A DNA stretch of 58,242 nt from NCBI GenBank assembly GCA_000998425.1, contig LCDG01000008.1, forward strand, positions 1 through 58,242, read 5' to 3'. A program made the position numbers and the translations under genes. Source of the stretch: Candidatus Nomurabacteria bacterium GW2011_GWC2_42_20. GTDB taxonomy: Bacteria > Patescibacteriota > Minisyncoccia > Phycocordibacterales > UBA1550. The notes beneath the pieces are model-generated. The model saw only the letters and a list, made by a program, of their open reading frames with translations. It was not told the DNA's origin and did not search any database. Below, piece by piece: positions 43,205 through 56,793 of this stretch. Position 1 is the stretch's first letter. Each line of letters starts with the position of its first letter.

Positions 43205-43780
43205 TTATTTAATCAACTTACTAATTGTTTCAAGTAGTTCGTCTCTACCACTGTGTGTTCGAGCAGAATACGGCAAAACTAACGCACCAAGGGATGACTC
43301 GATTGCTTTCATATTGTGCGAGCGCTCTGTTTGATTCAGTCTATCTATCTTATTTGCAACGACAACAAACGGAATATTTTCAGCACGAAGAATATCAGCC
43401 ATTTCCTTATCGTATGCCATTGGCTTTACAACAGAATCTACAATGAGTACCACCATATTTACACGCGCCTCTCCGCTCCCCAAATACCACAAGATAAGCT
43501 TTCGAATTTTTTCAGCTCCTTTTGCCCCCATACGCGCAAAACCATATCCAGGAAGGTCGACAAAATAGTATTTTTTGTTGATAATAAAAAAGTTAATTTC
43601 TCTCGTCTTGCCTGGCATCGAGCTCGATTTCACAAGGTCCTTCCTCATTACGAGGGAGTTGATAACGCTTGATTTCCCAACATTTGAACGACCAACAAAT
43701 GCTATTTGTGGATATTTCTCCTTCAAAATAGGGTCTGTGCCTATAATACCCTTCACAAATTCAGCACTAGTGATATTCAT
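43205..43780 (-). CDS. engB: Ribosome biogenesis GTPase YihA/YsxC (EngB)
   Basis: G1 GRSNVGKSSVINSL, G3 DLPGYG and G4 NKIDR. The size and order of motifs are typical of EngB. Confidence 0.9.
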   Translation of the reverse strand: MNITSAEFVKGIIGTDPILKEKYPQIAFVGRSNVGKSSVINSLVMRKDLVKSSSMPGKTREINFFIINKKYYFVDLPGYGFARMGAKGAEKIRKLILWYLGSGEARVNMVVLIVDSVVKPMAYDKEMADILRAENIPFVVVANKIDRLNQTERSHNMKAIESSLGALVLPYSARTHSGRDELLETISKLIK

Positions 43781-43821
43781 AGCATTAGCTTATCATAAAT
43801 GCGTGAATATTTATATATTTA

Positions 43822-43830
43822 TGCTATACT
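43822..43830 (+). promoter_or_regulatory. Putative extended -10 element (TGCTATACT) for the DsbA-like gene
   Basis: tgctatact lies about 39 nt upstream of the ATG at 43869. No good -35 was seen. Confidence 0.25.
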
Positions 43831-43868
43831 ATTGACACTTAACAAATGTTAATTTTTTAGAAAATATT

Positions 43869-44570
43869 ATGGAAGGAGAAAACACAGCAGTAACACAAAA
43901 GCAGGTATCACAAACATATGCAATCCCATTTGCAATCGTTATTGCAGGACTTGCAATCGCAGGTGCAATTTATTTTGGAGATGGGAAAAATGCTGCAGTA
44001 GCGGCTCAACCAACTGGCTCGGTTGAAGCTGTAACCTCCGATGACCATATCATCGGAAACCCGAATGCAAAAATTGTTATTGTGGAATACTCAGATACCG
44101 AATGTCCCTTCTGTAAATCATTTCATCCAACGATGCAGCGCATAATGAACGATTACGGCAATGATGGAAAAGTAGCGTGGGTGTATCGACACTTCCCGCT
44201 TCCTTTCCACACGAAGGCTCCTCGAGAAGCTGAAGCAACTGAATGTGCGAATAAGCTCGGTGGCAATACAAAATTCTGGGAATACCTTAATAGCGTATTT
44301 CAGGTAACAGCTGGTAATGACCAGCTTGATCCAGCCGAACTTCCAAAGATTGCGGAATCAATCGGTCTCGATGTAAATGCATTCAATACCTGTCTCGATA
44401 GCGGCGAAATGAAGTCAATCGTAGACAAGCATATTGATGGTGGCAAAAAAGCTGGAGTAAGCGGTACACCATTCTCAATAATTCTCGTTAATAAAAAACC
44501 AGTATCCAGCATAAACGGCGCACAGCCATACGAGGCAGTAAAGGCTCAGATTGACGAATTGTTGAAGTAG
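43869..44570 (+). CDS. Membrane-anchored DsbA-family thiol:disulfide oxidoreductase
   Basis: TM helix AIPFAIVIAGLAIAGAIYF, the thioredoxin-fold active site ECPFCKSF and a C-terminal GTPFSII cis-Pro loop. Confidence 0.85.
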   Translation: MEGENTAVTQKQVSQTYAIPFAIVIAGLAIAGAIYFGDGKNAAVAAQPTGSVEAVTSDDHIIGNPNAKIVIVEYSDTECPFCKSFHPTMQRIMNDYGNDGKVAWVYRHFPLPFHTKAPREAEATECANKLGGNTKFWEYLNSVFQVTAGNDQLDPAELPKIAESIGLDVNAFNTCLDSGEMKSIVDKHIDGGKKAGVSGTPFSIILVNKKPVSSINGAQPYEAVKAQIDELLK

Positions 44571-44581
44571 AGACAATTAGA

Positions 44582-44613
44582 AAAAAGGCGGGCACGTAAG
44601 TGCCCGCCTTTTT
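44582..44613. terminator. Bidirectional rho-independent terminator (GNRA loop)
   Basis: aaaaaggcgggcac-gtaa-gtgcccgccttttt, between convergent genes. Confidence 0.85.
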
Positions 44614-44686
44614 CCTTTTACTCTCTCCTAAAAGGAGATTACTATTCATTGTAATAAATCTATTCTTGCAGAACAAACCCTTACAA

Positions 44687-45196
44687 TTACCAAGGAACTA
44701 CCACGCGATAGTTGATTGCTCCTCCGTAAGTGCATGCACTACCTGTCATCGTTGCAATATCACTACTAGAAGGATCTTCTAGAGTTACTCCAAACTGAGC
44801 ATACGTTCCAGAAACATCGGTATAATAGTAAAATCTACAATAGTTTGGTGAGTACGATGGGTCGAGAGGAGACACGGGGATATACCCACGACTTTTCATA
44901 TAGTCTCCTATATACCAATCATTAGGACTAGTGATGTGGTTCATACATAACCCGTGTACCTCTCCTACCCTTGCCATTCCGCACTCGTTACTTATAGGAA
45001 TAGAACCTCGATCATCCATATAAAGAGTAAATGCTTTCACTAGTTGTTGGATCTCTTGTTTCCGATAAGCATCTCTCGCCTTCACCCGCGTACTATTCAA
45101 GCTCGCCAACACAATAGAAGAAAGTAAGCTAATGATTGAAATCACCACAAGTAATTCAATGAGTGTAAAGCCTTTTGTTTTTCTTGGAATGTTCAT
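44687..45196 (-). CDS. Type IV pilin-like protein (orphan, outside the main pilus locus)
   Basis: TKG|FTLIELLVVISIISLLSSIVLASLNSTRVKARDAYRKQEIQQL. Confidence 0.85.
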   Translation of the reverse strand: MNIPRKTKGFTLIELLVVISIISLLSSIVLASLNSTRVKARDAYRKQEIQQLVKAFTLYMDDRGSIPISNECGMARVGEVHGLCMNHITSPNDWYIGDYMKSRGYIPVSPLDPSYSPNYCRFYYYTDVSGTYAQFGVTLEDPSSSDIATMTGSACTYGGAINYRVVVPW

Positions 45197-45429
45197 AGAA
45201 ATGATAGCGTGGGCGGGATTTGCGGTGGTGATATTTCTGCACTACTAGGCAAAAGAAGAAATGACAATGTAAACGCAACAAGAGCAATACCGAGCAAAAC
45301 ATAGTTTGCTTGAGCTTCATCAATGCGACCACCAGACCACTTCACCACCAACCTTGTGAGTTTTGAGCCTTGACGTCTATACTCTGGGCTCTGGTCTTCG
45401 TCAAAATCAAATTGTACTTCGTTGGACAT
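45193..45429 (-). CDS. Small membrane protein, hypothetical
   Basis: 78 aa with one TM helix (YVLLGIALVAFTLSFLLL). A 4-nt overlap with the pilin-like gene suggests translational coupling. Confidence 0.5.
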   Translation of the reverse strand: MSNEVQFDFDEDQSPEYRRQGSKLTRLVVKWSGGRIDEAQANYVLLGIALVAFTLSFLLLPSSAEISPPQIPPTLSFL

Positions 45430-45487
45430 GGTATAAGTATAATATACATCAAGTCAGTGTCAATTTTTCATTGCTAATATATAATGC

Positions 45488-45516
45488 AAAAAATGGGCAC
45501 GCAAGTGCCCATTTTT
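45488..45516 (-). terminator. Rho-independent terminator after rpoD (GNRA loop)
   Basis: aaaaatgggcac-gcaa-gtgcccattttt. Confidence 0.8.
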
Positions 45517-45535
45517 CTTTTCATCTTCTCAAAAA

Positions 45536-46774
45536 CTAGTAATTTCGCAGCTTATCCACTTTATCATGGGATCGAATCTTTTCAATCGCTTTTGCTTCAA
45601 TCTGTCGGATACGCTCACGAGTAACCTGAAACTCACGACCTACTTCTTCTAGTGTATGGACTACTCCATCAACAAGCCCGTGCCTAAGTTCAAGTATCTT
45701 ACGCTCCTTTTCAGAAAGGTCATTTAGGATTTCCTTTACTTGGTCAGACAGAATACGCTGTGCCGAGTCCTGTGCTGGTGAAAGAATCTTGTCGTCTGCA
45801 ATAAATTCGCCTAGAGTAGATTTGTCATCATCATCACCGATCGGCTTTTCGAGGGACACGGTATCCTGATCAATTTTTTTGATGTTATAAATCTTTTCAA
45901 CATCAAGCCCCATTTCAGTAGCAACTTCTCCAGGAAGTGGTTCGCGCCCTAGGTCCTGCGACAGGCGACGTACGACCTGCTTATATTTTGAGATTGTCTC
46001 CACCATGTGCACAGGGATACGGATTGTACGCGACTGATCCGCAAGAGCGCGTGTAATAGCCTGGCGAATCCACCATGTCGCATATGTAGAAAACTTGTAT
46101 CCCTTAAAAAGGCCAATGTTCCCTTCTTGAATAAGGTCTAGGAGGGTTAGGTCAGCGCTTCTGCCAACATATTTCTTTGCAATAGATACTACGAGGCGGA
46201 GATTCGCTCGCGCGAGAAGGTTTTTCCCCTCTTCGTCGCCAAGCTCGATACGCTGGGCGAGGTCGCGCTCCTCACTCGCTGAGAGAAGCGGGTACTGACC
46301 GATTTCCTTCAAATACATTTGAATAGAGTCGTATGATGAATCACCACTCTTGTAAGTATATTTTTTATGGGTCAAAACTTCTTCCGGCTCAAGGTCAAGT
46401 AGCCCGCCACTTTCGAGAATATCCACACCAGCATCACCAAGCTTCTCATACAGAGTGTCAAGAAAAATAACATCTTGCTCAACTGCAGGAAACTCTTTTA
46501 GAATTTCATTATATGTGATAAAACCACGTCCGCGACCTTTCAAAATAAGAAGTTGCGCTTTTTGCTCCCACCCCTCCGTCGAACTTTTCTTTGTTGGAAC
46601 TTTTTTTGTAGCCTTCTTTACAACTACTTTTTTTACAATAGCTTTTTTGATAGCCTTTTTCACGGGCTTTTTTGAAACTACATTCTTCCTAACATCTCTT
46701 TTGGGAGGTTTTTTGGCGGTCTTCTTTACTGCCTTTTTTGTGCTAGGCTTTTTTGTATTTTTGTTATTTGGCAT
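45536..46774 (-). CDS. rpoD: Primary RNA polymerase sigma factor (sigma70/RpoD) with a lysine-rich N-terminal tail
   Basis: Region 2 YATWWIRQAITRA...TIRIPVHM, region 3, and region 4 TLEEVGREFQVTRERIRQIEAKA. The first ~65 aa are K/A/P/V-rich (KKPSTKKAVKKTAKKPPKRDVRKN...). Confidence 0.92.
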   Translation of the reverse strand: MPNNKNTKKPSTKKAVKKTAKKPPKRDVRKNVVSKKPVKKAIKKAIVKKVVVKKATKKVPTKKSSTEGWEQKAQLLILKGRGRGFITYNEILKEFPAVEQDVIFLDTLYEKLGDAGVDILESGGLLDLEPEEVLTHKKYTYKSGDSSYDSIQMYLKEIGQYPLLSASEERDLAQRIELGDEEGKNLLARANLRLVVSIAKKYVGRSADLTLLDLIQEGNIGLFKGYKFSTYATWWIRQAITRALADQSRTIRIPVHMVETISKYKQVVRRLSQDLGREPLPGEVATEMGLDVEKIYNIKKIDQDTVSLEKPIGDDDDKSTLGEFIADDKILSPAQDSAQRILSDQVKEILNDLSEKERKILELRHGLVDGVVHTLEEVGREFQVTRERIRQIEAKAIEKIRSHDKVDKLRNY

Positions 46775-46775
46775 A

Positions 46776-48494
46776 TTATAAAGTGTTTTTTGTTAGCGTG
46801 TGTAACTCTTTTGAAATTGCTTGGCACTCAGAGAGTATCTTCTCGGCATCTGAAACATCTCCATTAATCTCCGCTTGTTTAAGCTCCGCCATTTTTACAG
46901 TAAACTTTTCGCGAAGAATTTCTTCTGCGAGGCTCTTTAAGAGACTATTTAGCTCTTCTTCTATTTTTTCACTTCCTTGAAGCCGGGCTTCTGCTTCAAA
47001 TATGAGCTCGTCCCCGTTTACAACTTCAACAGGCGGTGATCCTTCGATTAGTTTTGTAAAACGCTCACGATATTCTGAAATATTATTAACAGAAGGATTT
47101 TCTAACCCTGCCTGCCACACCAATACGCCTTCTATGGTGCGAGATATACGCGTATACCGTGACAACTGCGCGACCTTTTGTTCGAGCTTCTCAGTCTCAC
47201 GAACCACACCGACAGTTTTAGCTCGTTTTTTTACCTCATCCCAGATTGGGTCTTCCTTCATCTTGATTAGATCAGCTATTTTCCCAACAAAATGAGCCTG
47301 ATCTAGAGAGCCCTTCAAGTGCGGAATAAACGGTATTACTATTTCAGAAATTTTTGCGCGGAGCGTGTCCTTGTCAGTATAAAGCTCTGGTAAAAGTTCC
47401 AAATAGAAATCAATAACATGTCTTGCGTTTTTGATTGCATTCTGCCACAACGCAGGATCCTTGAGAATCAGGTCTGCTGGATCTAGCCCGTCTGGAAGTT
47501 GAGCAATTTTTACATCCATATCCTGATCAAGAGCAAGCTCTATAGCGCGATGAGTAGCAGAGAGTCCTGCTTTGTCTGCATCGAGGGCGAGAATGATATT
47601 TTTTGTAAAACGCTTTATCATCTCAAGATGCTCTGGTGTCAATGCTGTACCAGACGAGGCAACAGTATTTGTTGCTCCTGCTTGGTGAGACAAAATGAGG
47701 TCCATCTGCCCTTCCACAAGTATACACACATCATCATGACGTGCCTTCTCACGCGCCTGATAGAAACCGAAGAGCGCGCGTGACTTGTGGAACACTTCGG
47801 TCTCTGGGCTGTTTACATACTTTGCGCTCGCAGACGCACCGAGAGTCTTCCCTGCTTCTTCTTTCAAGATTCGTCCAGAGAATGCAATCACACGACCAGA
47901 GCTATCGGTAATAGGAAACATCACACGTCCACGAAACCTATCGTAGAAACCTTTTGGTGATCGCACGATTAAACCGGCGCGTTCCATTACGCTTTCAGAT
48001 ATCCCTTTTTTCGCTAGAAAATCCCCGAGTGCCCTCCATTCATCTGGCGCAAAACCAACATGAAAGTTTTTTATTGTCTCTGATGTGAGCCCTCTGTTTT
48101 CTATGTACGTCAGCGCATCTGGGAATTTAGGCAATACAGCCTCATAAAACTTTGTTGCAAGGAGAAGAGCAGAATGTATCGCGTCGCGTTCATCCTTTGC
48201 GCCAGCTTTTTCGCGTGTAAGTGTAACACCCGCTTTATCTGCAAGAAGCTTTAGAGCGCCCTGAAAATCGAGTCCCTCAACCTCCTCAACAAACGAAATG
48301 ATATCGCCCCCTTTGTTGCAACCAAAGCAATGGTATGTTTGACGTGACGGCGAAATAAAGAACGATGGTGTTCGTTCGCTATGGAACGGACAACACGCCT
48401 TGAAATTCCCCCCAGCTTTTTCAAGCTTGAGGTATCCGCTGGCAACGTCAACAATGTTGAGTCGTGATTTGATATCTTCAATGACAGATGACAT
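46776..48494 (-). CDS. dnaG: DNA primase
   Basis: Zinc ribbon CPFHSERTPSFFISP...YHCFGCNKGGD, RNAP core and TOPRIM EGQMDLI...LDADKAG. Confidence 0.92.
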   Translation of the reverse strand: MSSVIEDIKSRLNIVDVASGYLKLEKAGGNFKACCPFHSERTPSFFISPSRQTYHCFGCNKGGDIISFVEEVEGLDFQGALKLLADKAGVTLTREKAGAKDERDAIHSALLLATKFYEAVLPKFPDALTYIENRGLTSETIKNFHVGFAPDEWRALGDFLAKKGISESVMERAGLIVRSPKGFYDRFRGRVMFPITDSSGRVIAFSGRILKEEAGKTLGASASAKYVNSPETEVFHKSRALFGFYQAREKARHDDVCILVEGQMDLILSHQAGATNTVASSGTALTPEHLEMIKRFTKNIILALDADKAGLSATHRAIELALDQDMDVKIAQLPDGLDPADLILKDPALWQNAIKNARHVIDFYLELLPELYTDKDTLRAKISEIVIPFIPHLKGSLDQAHFVGKIADLIKMKEDPIWDEVKKRAKTVGVVRETEKLEQKVAQLSRYTRISRTIEGVLVWQAGLENPSVNNISEYRERFTKLIEGSPPVEVVNGDELIFEAEARLQGSEKIEEELNSLLKSLAEEILREKFTVKMAELKQAEINGDVSDAEKILSECQAISKELHTLTKNTL

Positions 48495-48602
48495 GAGATT
48501 AGTTAAAAGTTAATAAAGTTTTTAAAGTTGAAAGTAAATGCAAAAACAAATGCATTCGCGTTATCAACTTTATAAACTTGATAACTTTATAAAGTTTACA
48601 AA

Positions 48603-52241
<3,639 letters not shown>

Positions 52242-52258
52242 AATGATTAGAATTAAGC

Positions 52259-55200
52259 TTATTTGTTCTCTCCCTTTTTCAAGAGTGATATATCGAGTGA
52301 GAGCCCGCGTAGATAATTTAGGAGCACATTGAATGACTCAGGAATATTTGTGTTGACAACATCATTTCCTTTCACAATAGAATCAAATGCCTCTGAACGC
52401 CCTGTAATGTCGTCCGACTTTACCGTGAGCATTTCGCGAAGAACGTTTGATGCGCCGTATCCTTCGAGAGCCCACACTTCCATTTCTCCAAAACGCTGAC
52501 CTCCACCCTGCGCCTTTCCACCAAGAGGTTGCTGTGTAATGAGAGAGTACGGTCCAACTGAACGCATGTGAATTTTGTCTTCAACCATATGGTTTAGTTT
52601 CAAAATATACATGTACCCTACTGCAATATCCTGGTCAAAACTATCACCTGTGCGCCCGTCAAAAAGCTTCATCTTGCCATCCTCACGATATCCAGCCTTT
52701 ACAAGCTCACCTTTGATTTCATCAACAGTTGCCCCCATAAATGGAGGAACGATTGCCTGATAACCAAGAGTGTTTGCTGCTAAACCAAGGTGAAGCTCAA
52801 GAATCTGACCAAGGTTCATACGAGAAGGCACACCGAGTGGCGTCAAAACGACATCGATTGGAGTGCCGTCTGCCATGTATGGCATGTCTTCCTCTGGAAG
52901 AATCACCGATATAACGCCTTTGTTACCGTGACGTCCTGCGAGTTTGTCACCAACAGAAATGTTACGTACCTGCGCAACTTCAATATGAATTTTCTTGATG
53001 ATACCACTGTCGAGTGCGTCACCTTTTTCACGTGAGAATACTTTTACTCCAATAACGCGACCGCGCTTGCCGTGATCCATTCGAAGTGAGGTATCTTTCA
53101 CATCGCGCGCCTTGTCTCCAAAAATAGAACGAAGGAGTCGCTCTTCTGGAGTAAGCTCTGTTTCACCCTTTGGTGTAATCTTGCCAACCAAAATATCTCC
53201 TGGATGCACCTCTGCGCCAATACGGATGATTCCGTCTTCGTCTAGGTCTTTCAACTTTAGCTCTCCAACATTTGGAATATCGTGAGTTGTAACCTCGGGC
53301 CCGAGCTTTGTGTCGCGCACGTTTACTACAAACTCATCCATGTGAATGGATGTGAACTTGCTGTCTTTTACAAGACGCTCAGAGAGAATAATAGCGTCTT
53401 CGTAGTTGCTACCTGCCCATGACATAAATGCCACAAGTGCGTTTTGTCCAAGCGCAATCTGACCCTTGTCTGATGATGAAGTGTCTGCGAGAGTTGTGCC
53501 TTTCTTTACCTTATCACCGACGTTTACGATAGGACGCTGATGAAACGCAGTGAAACCGTTTGTGCGAGAAAATGTTACGAGGTTGTATGTATGATCTTTG
53601 CTATTCTCATCTTTAAGAACAATTTTTCTTGAATCTGAATGAGTAATAGTGCCGTCCATTTCCGCAATAATAAGGCGACCTGTATCACGAGCTGCAGCCC
53701 CCTCCATGCCAGTAGCAACAAGAGGCGCCTCAGGAATAACACAAGGGATTGCCTGCTTTTGCATGTTTGAACCCATGAGTGCGCGGTTTGCGTTGTCGTG
53801 TTCGAGGAATGGGATCATTGATGTTGCCACAGAGTATGCCTGGTTTGCTGCGATGTCCATATAGTGCACATCAGCACGGGCTACAAGCTCTGGATGTCCA
53901 GCGCGACGAACCTCCACTTTTTCTTCAACGATTTGGTCGCCATCCATCTTTAGAGATGCGTGCGCAATATTGTACTGCTCTTCTTCGAGCGCATCCATAT
54001 AAATGATTTCCTTTGTGATTTTGCCATTCTTTACCTTTGCGTATGGGGTTTCAATCATGCCGAAATCATTGATACGAGCATAGCAGGAAAGGCGGAGGAT
54101 AAGACCGATGTTTGGGCCTTCTGGAGTGTGAATAGGACAAAGGCGTCCGTAGTGCGATGTATGCACGTCACGAACCTCAATACCTGCGCGCTCGCGTGTA
54201 AGACCACCGGGCCCAAGAGCAGAGAATGTACGGAGGCTCTCAATTTCTGAAAGCACATTGTACTGCGTCATGAACTGCGAAAGCTGGTTTGTCGCAAAGA
54301 ACTCCTTGAGACGAGCCTGAAGTGGACGAGGGCTAATAAAATTCACAGGCATTGTAGCGTCGGTGTCGATAGTCGACATTCTGTCCTGAATGTTACGCTT
54401 CATCTGTGTCATACCAACCCGGATTTTCTGCTGAAGCATTTCACCTACCGAACGAATACGGCGTGAACCCAAGTGGTCAATGTCGTCTGGAAGAGAACGT
54501 GGGTCAGCGTTAAGTTTCACAATCTGTCCAACGATTGCCGCAACATCACTTGCGTCAATTGTGCGTCTTGCAATATCAGCCTTCTCAAGACCCTTTCCAA
54601 AACGCTTGTTAAACTTGAAGCGTCCCACTTCTGAAAGGTCATACTTCTCCTTTGCAAAAATAGAGTTCACGAAACCACGAGCATTTTCTGCTGTTGCAAG
54701 GTCGCCATCGCGAAGCTTCTTGTGAATTTCGATGAATGACTCGTCGGGAGTTTTTGCTATGTCCTTTGCGAGAGTTGTCTCAATAACCTTTTTTGCATTC
54801 TCATCTTTTGCAAAAGCCTTTAGAATCTCCTCGTTTGTTTCTGCACCAAGCGCGCGAAGAAGCACAGTCACAGGGAACTTGCGCTTCTTGTCGATGCGTA
54901 CATACACAGCTCCATCTGGGTCAGACTCTATTTCTACCCATGCTCCACGTCCAGGGATAATCTTTGCGCCAAAATAACGCTTTCCTTTGAGCTCATCTAC
55001 AGTGAACGACACGCCGAACGAACGAGAGATCTGTGGCACAACCACGCGTTCAACCCCGTTCACGATAAATGTACCGTGCGAGGTCATCATAGGGAAATCT
55101 GCCATAAAGATTTCCTGTTCCTTTTCACTCTTAAATGTTTTGTTTATAAGTTTTACGCGCGCCTTGAGAGGAGCCTCGTAAGAGAGGTTGTTTTCTTTTG

Positions 55201-55417
55201 CAAAATACTCGTCGTACTTTGGCGCTGAAAGTTCAATGCCAACGAATTCGAGTGCAAACTTTTTCCCTGAATAATCTTCAATAGGGGAAAATTCTTTAAA
55301 TGCTTCTTTGAGTCCTGTTTCGAGGAGCCATTTGTATGACTTCAAGTGTGTCTCCACAAGGTTAGGCATCTCTACTTGCGGCTTCTTGTAGCGCGCAAAA
55401 TGTTTCTGTTCTCGCAT
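52259..55417 (-). CDS. rpoB: DNA-directed RNA polymerase subunit beta
   Basis: Conserved blocks GRHGNKGVIS, RFGEMEVWALE, SRMNLGQ and the rifampicin-cluster region QLSQFM. 1052 aa (compact form). Confidence 0.97.
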   Translation of the reverse strand: MREQKHFARYKKPQVEMPNLVETHLKSYKWLLETGLKEAFKEFSPIEDYSGKKFALEFVGIELSAPKYDEYFAKENNLSYEAPLKARVKLINKTFKSEKEQEIFMADFPMMTSHGTFIVNGVERVVVPQISRSFGVSFTVDELKGKRYFGAKIIPGRGAWVEIESDPDGAVYVRIDKKRKFPVTVLLRALGAETNEEILKAFAKDENAKKVIETTLAKDIAKTPDESFIEIHKKLRDGDLATAENARGFVNSIFAKEKYDLSEVGRFKFNKRFGKGLEKADIARRTIDASDVAAIVGQIVKLNADPRSLPDDIDHLGSRRIRSVGEMLQQKIRVGMTQMKRNIQDRMSTIDTDATMPVNFISPRPLQARLKEFFATNQLSQFMTQYNVLSEIESLRTFSALGPGGLTRERAGIEVRDVHTSHYGRLCPIHTPEGPNIGLILRLSCYARINDFGMIETPYAKVKNGKITKEIIYMDALEEEQYNIAHASLKMDGDQIVEEKVEVRRAGHPELVARADVHYMDIAANQAYSVATSMIPFLEHDNANRALMGSNMQKQAIPCVIPEAPLVATGMEGAAARDTGRLIIAEMDGTITHSDSRKIVLKDENSKDHTYNLVTFSRTNGFTAFHQRPIVNVGDKVKKGTTLADTSSSDKGQIALGQNALVAFMSWAGSNYEDAIILSERLVKDSKFTSIHMDEFVVNVRDTKLGPEVTTHDIPNVGELKLKDLDEDGIIRIGAEVHPGDILVGKITPKGETELTPEERLLRSIFGDKARDVKDTSLRMDHGKRGRVIGVKVFSREKGDALDSGIIKKIHIEVAQVRNISVGDKLAGRHGNKGVISVILPEEDMPYMADGTPIDVVLTPLGVPSRMNLGQILELHLGLAANTLGYQAIVPPFMGATVDEIKGELVKAGYREDGKMKLFDGRTGDSFDQDIAVGYMYILKLNHMVEDKIHMRSVGPYSLITQQPLGGKAQGGGQRFGEMEVWALEGYGASNVLREMLTVKSDDITGRSEAFDSIVKGNDVVNTNIPESFNVLLNYLRGLSLDISLLKKGENK

Positions 55418-55680
55418 ATGTGATGTATGTGATGATTATGTTTGTTCATCCCCCTAAACGACAAAAAACAAAAAAGCAGTGATTACCACCTTTTTGATGT
55501 GTTTTAAGGACGACGATTAAACGAGACCTTGTAAAATTGTAGCTACTCTATCGTACGGCGCCAAGTACGCAATCAAATTACCGTTAAAAACAGTATACCA
55601 CGCCCAAAACTGGTGTCAAACAGCTGTAAAGTTACCTTTGTAAAATAAGTATTTACAAGAAATAAGCCATCACAAAGATA

Positions 55681-55712
55681 GACAGCTCATTTTCATAAAA
55701 ATGGGCTGTCTA
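55681..55712 (-). terminator. Putative terminator hairpin after the 173-aa ORF
   Basis: gacagctcatttt-cat-aaaaatgggctgtc forms a 13-14 bp stem with one mismatch. Confidence 0.45.
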
Positions 55713-55718
55713 AATATA

Positions 55719-56240
55719 CTACTTTGTTCCAACAATCTCCTTGGCTTCAGATTTGGCGATTCTGCCAAGTATTTCGTCTCTTTTTCTAATAACACCCAAG
55801 AGCTCATCATAAACAGCCTCGCCCTCTTGTTGGTTCATTTCAATATCCTGTCCGTTGATCTGAGCCTCATACGAATAGTCAACATGATTGTCATCCTTGA
55901 CATGATTCTCTCTTTTAACCAAAACCTGATTCCCGTGCACAATACCATTAATCGTGTTATGTGTACCAATTATCCCAAGACCACCTTCGTTTGCTTCAAT
56001 ATCATTTTCGGTCAAATAAACGAATTCCTCTTCACTTATTTCGCCATCCTTTAGGAGTGAGCGATATTTGTCCTCTGCTTTTGCGTCAGCAAAAATCACA
56101 CCTTCTTTTGTAAGGCCTCTTCCAAGAAGCTTCTCAATGAGATGCGTTCCCGCTTGAACCTTATTTAAGGAATTTTTTTCGTAATTTTCCCGTTGTTGCT
56201 CTGTAGTAGCCCCCAATTCCAATGATTGTTTAAATTCCAT
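55719..56240 (-). CDS. Hypothetical acidic protein
   Basis: The 173-aa ORF has a normal soluble-protein composition, whereas the overlapping plus-strand ORF is low-complexity hydrophobic. A hairpin lies downstream. No family recognised. Confidence 0.55.
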   Translation of the reverse strand: MEFKQSLELGATTEQQRENYEKNSLNKVQAGTHLIEKLLGRGLTKEGVIFADAKAEDKYRSLLKDGEISEEEFVYLTENDIEANEGGLGIIGTHNTINGIVHGNQVLVKRENHVKDDNHVDYSYEAQINGQDIEMNQQEGEAVYDELLGVIRKRDEILGRIAKSEAKEIVGTK

Positions 56241-56297
56241 AGTGAATAATTATTACTTATTTATACAAAATAAGTATACCCTTGAGGTGAAATTCTG

Positions 56298-56756
56298 TCA
56301 ACTTTTGTAGCATTGCAGCGTCAAGTTTACACTTGCGCATTCTTTTAGCTTTTGGATAGGGGTTCTCCCCTCCATGCCTAAGCCACGGTGTTTCTTTTGG
56401 TAATTGTAGTAGTGAAGAAAGAGATTAAGTTTGTACTGCATTGTCTCAAGCGGGTCTTTTGGGTAGAAACCAAAACGGAGAGCCTTCTCGTTGAGTGTTC
56501 TGTGGAATCGTTCGATCTTCCCGTTTTCCTCAGGGCAGTACGGTGTATTCCGTCGATGAGGGATGCCATGGGAGCGCATGAAATTCTCGACGAGAGTCGC
56601 GGTAAACTCCGTTCCCTGGTCGGTGCGAATCTTTTGTATGAGAAATGGAGCACGTTGCAAAACTTTTTTAAGAAAATCTACGGTGTTCGCTGCATTGGCG
56701 GTTTCATACGACCATGCGAATACCCACCTGCTCGAGAATGGGGTCAGGAGCCATTC
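56298..56756 (-). pseudogene. 5'-truncated IS481/IS3-type DDE transposase remnant (rve integrase-core C-terminal half)
   Basis: The reading frame is open from 56756: ...RWVFAWSYETANAANTVDFLKKVLQRAPFLIQKIRTDQGTEF...CPEENGKIERFHRTLNEK...YNYQKKHRGLG...TPIQKL. It contains the second D (TDQGTEF) and the E (NGKIERFH) of the DDE triad. It lacks the N-terminal HTH and the first D. No ATG is present, and no terminal inverted repeats were seen. Confidence 0.75.
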
Positions 56757-56793
56757 CTACCAGAGAAACGGGGTCAGGTACCTTTATTTAGGT

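Noticed and set aside
48495-48602. Structured RNA or terminator in the rpoC-dnaG spacer
   Set aside because: Only short AT-rich palindromes (aactttataaagtt; atgca-aaaacaa-tgcat) are present, with weak predicted stems. This is not enough evidence beyond an AT-rich promoter or spacer region.
55701-56054. 117-aa plus-strand ORF opposite the 173-aa hypothetical gene
   Set aside because: Its translation is hydrophobic and low-complexity (NILLCSNNLLGF...). The minus-strand ORF is longer, has a balanced composition and has a downstream hairpin.
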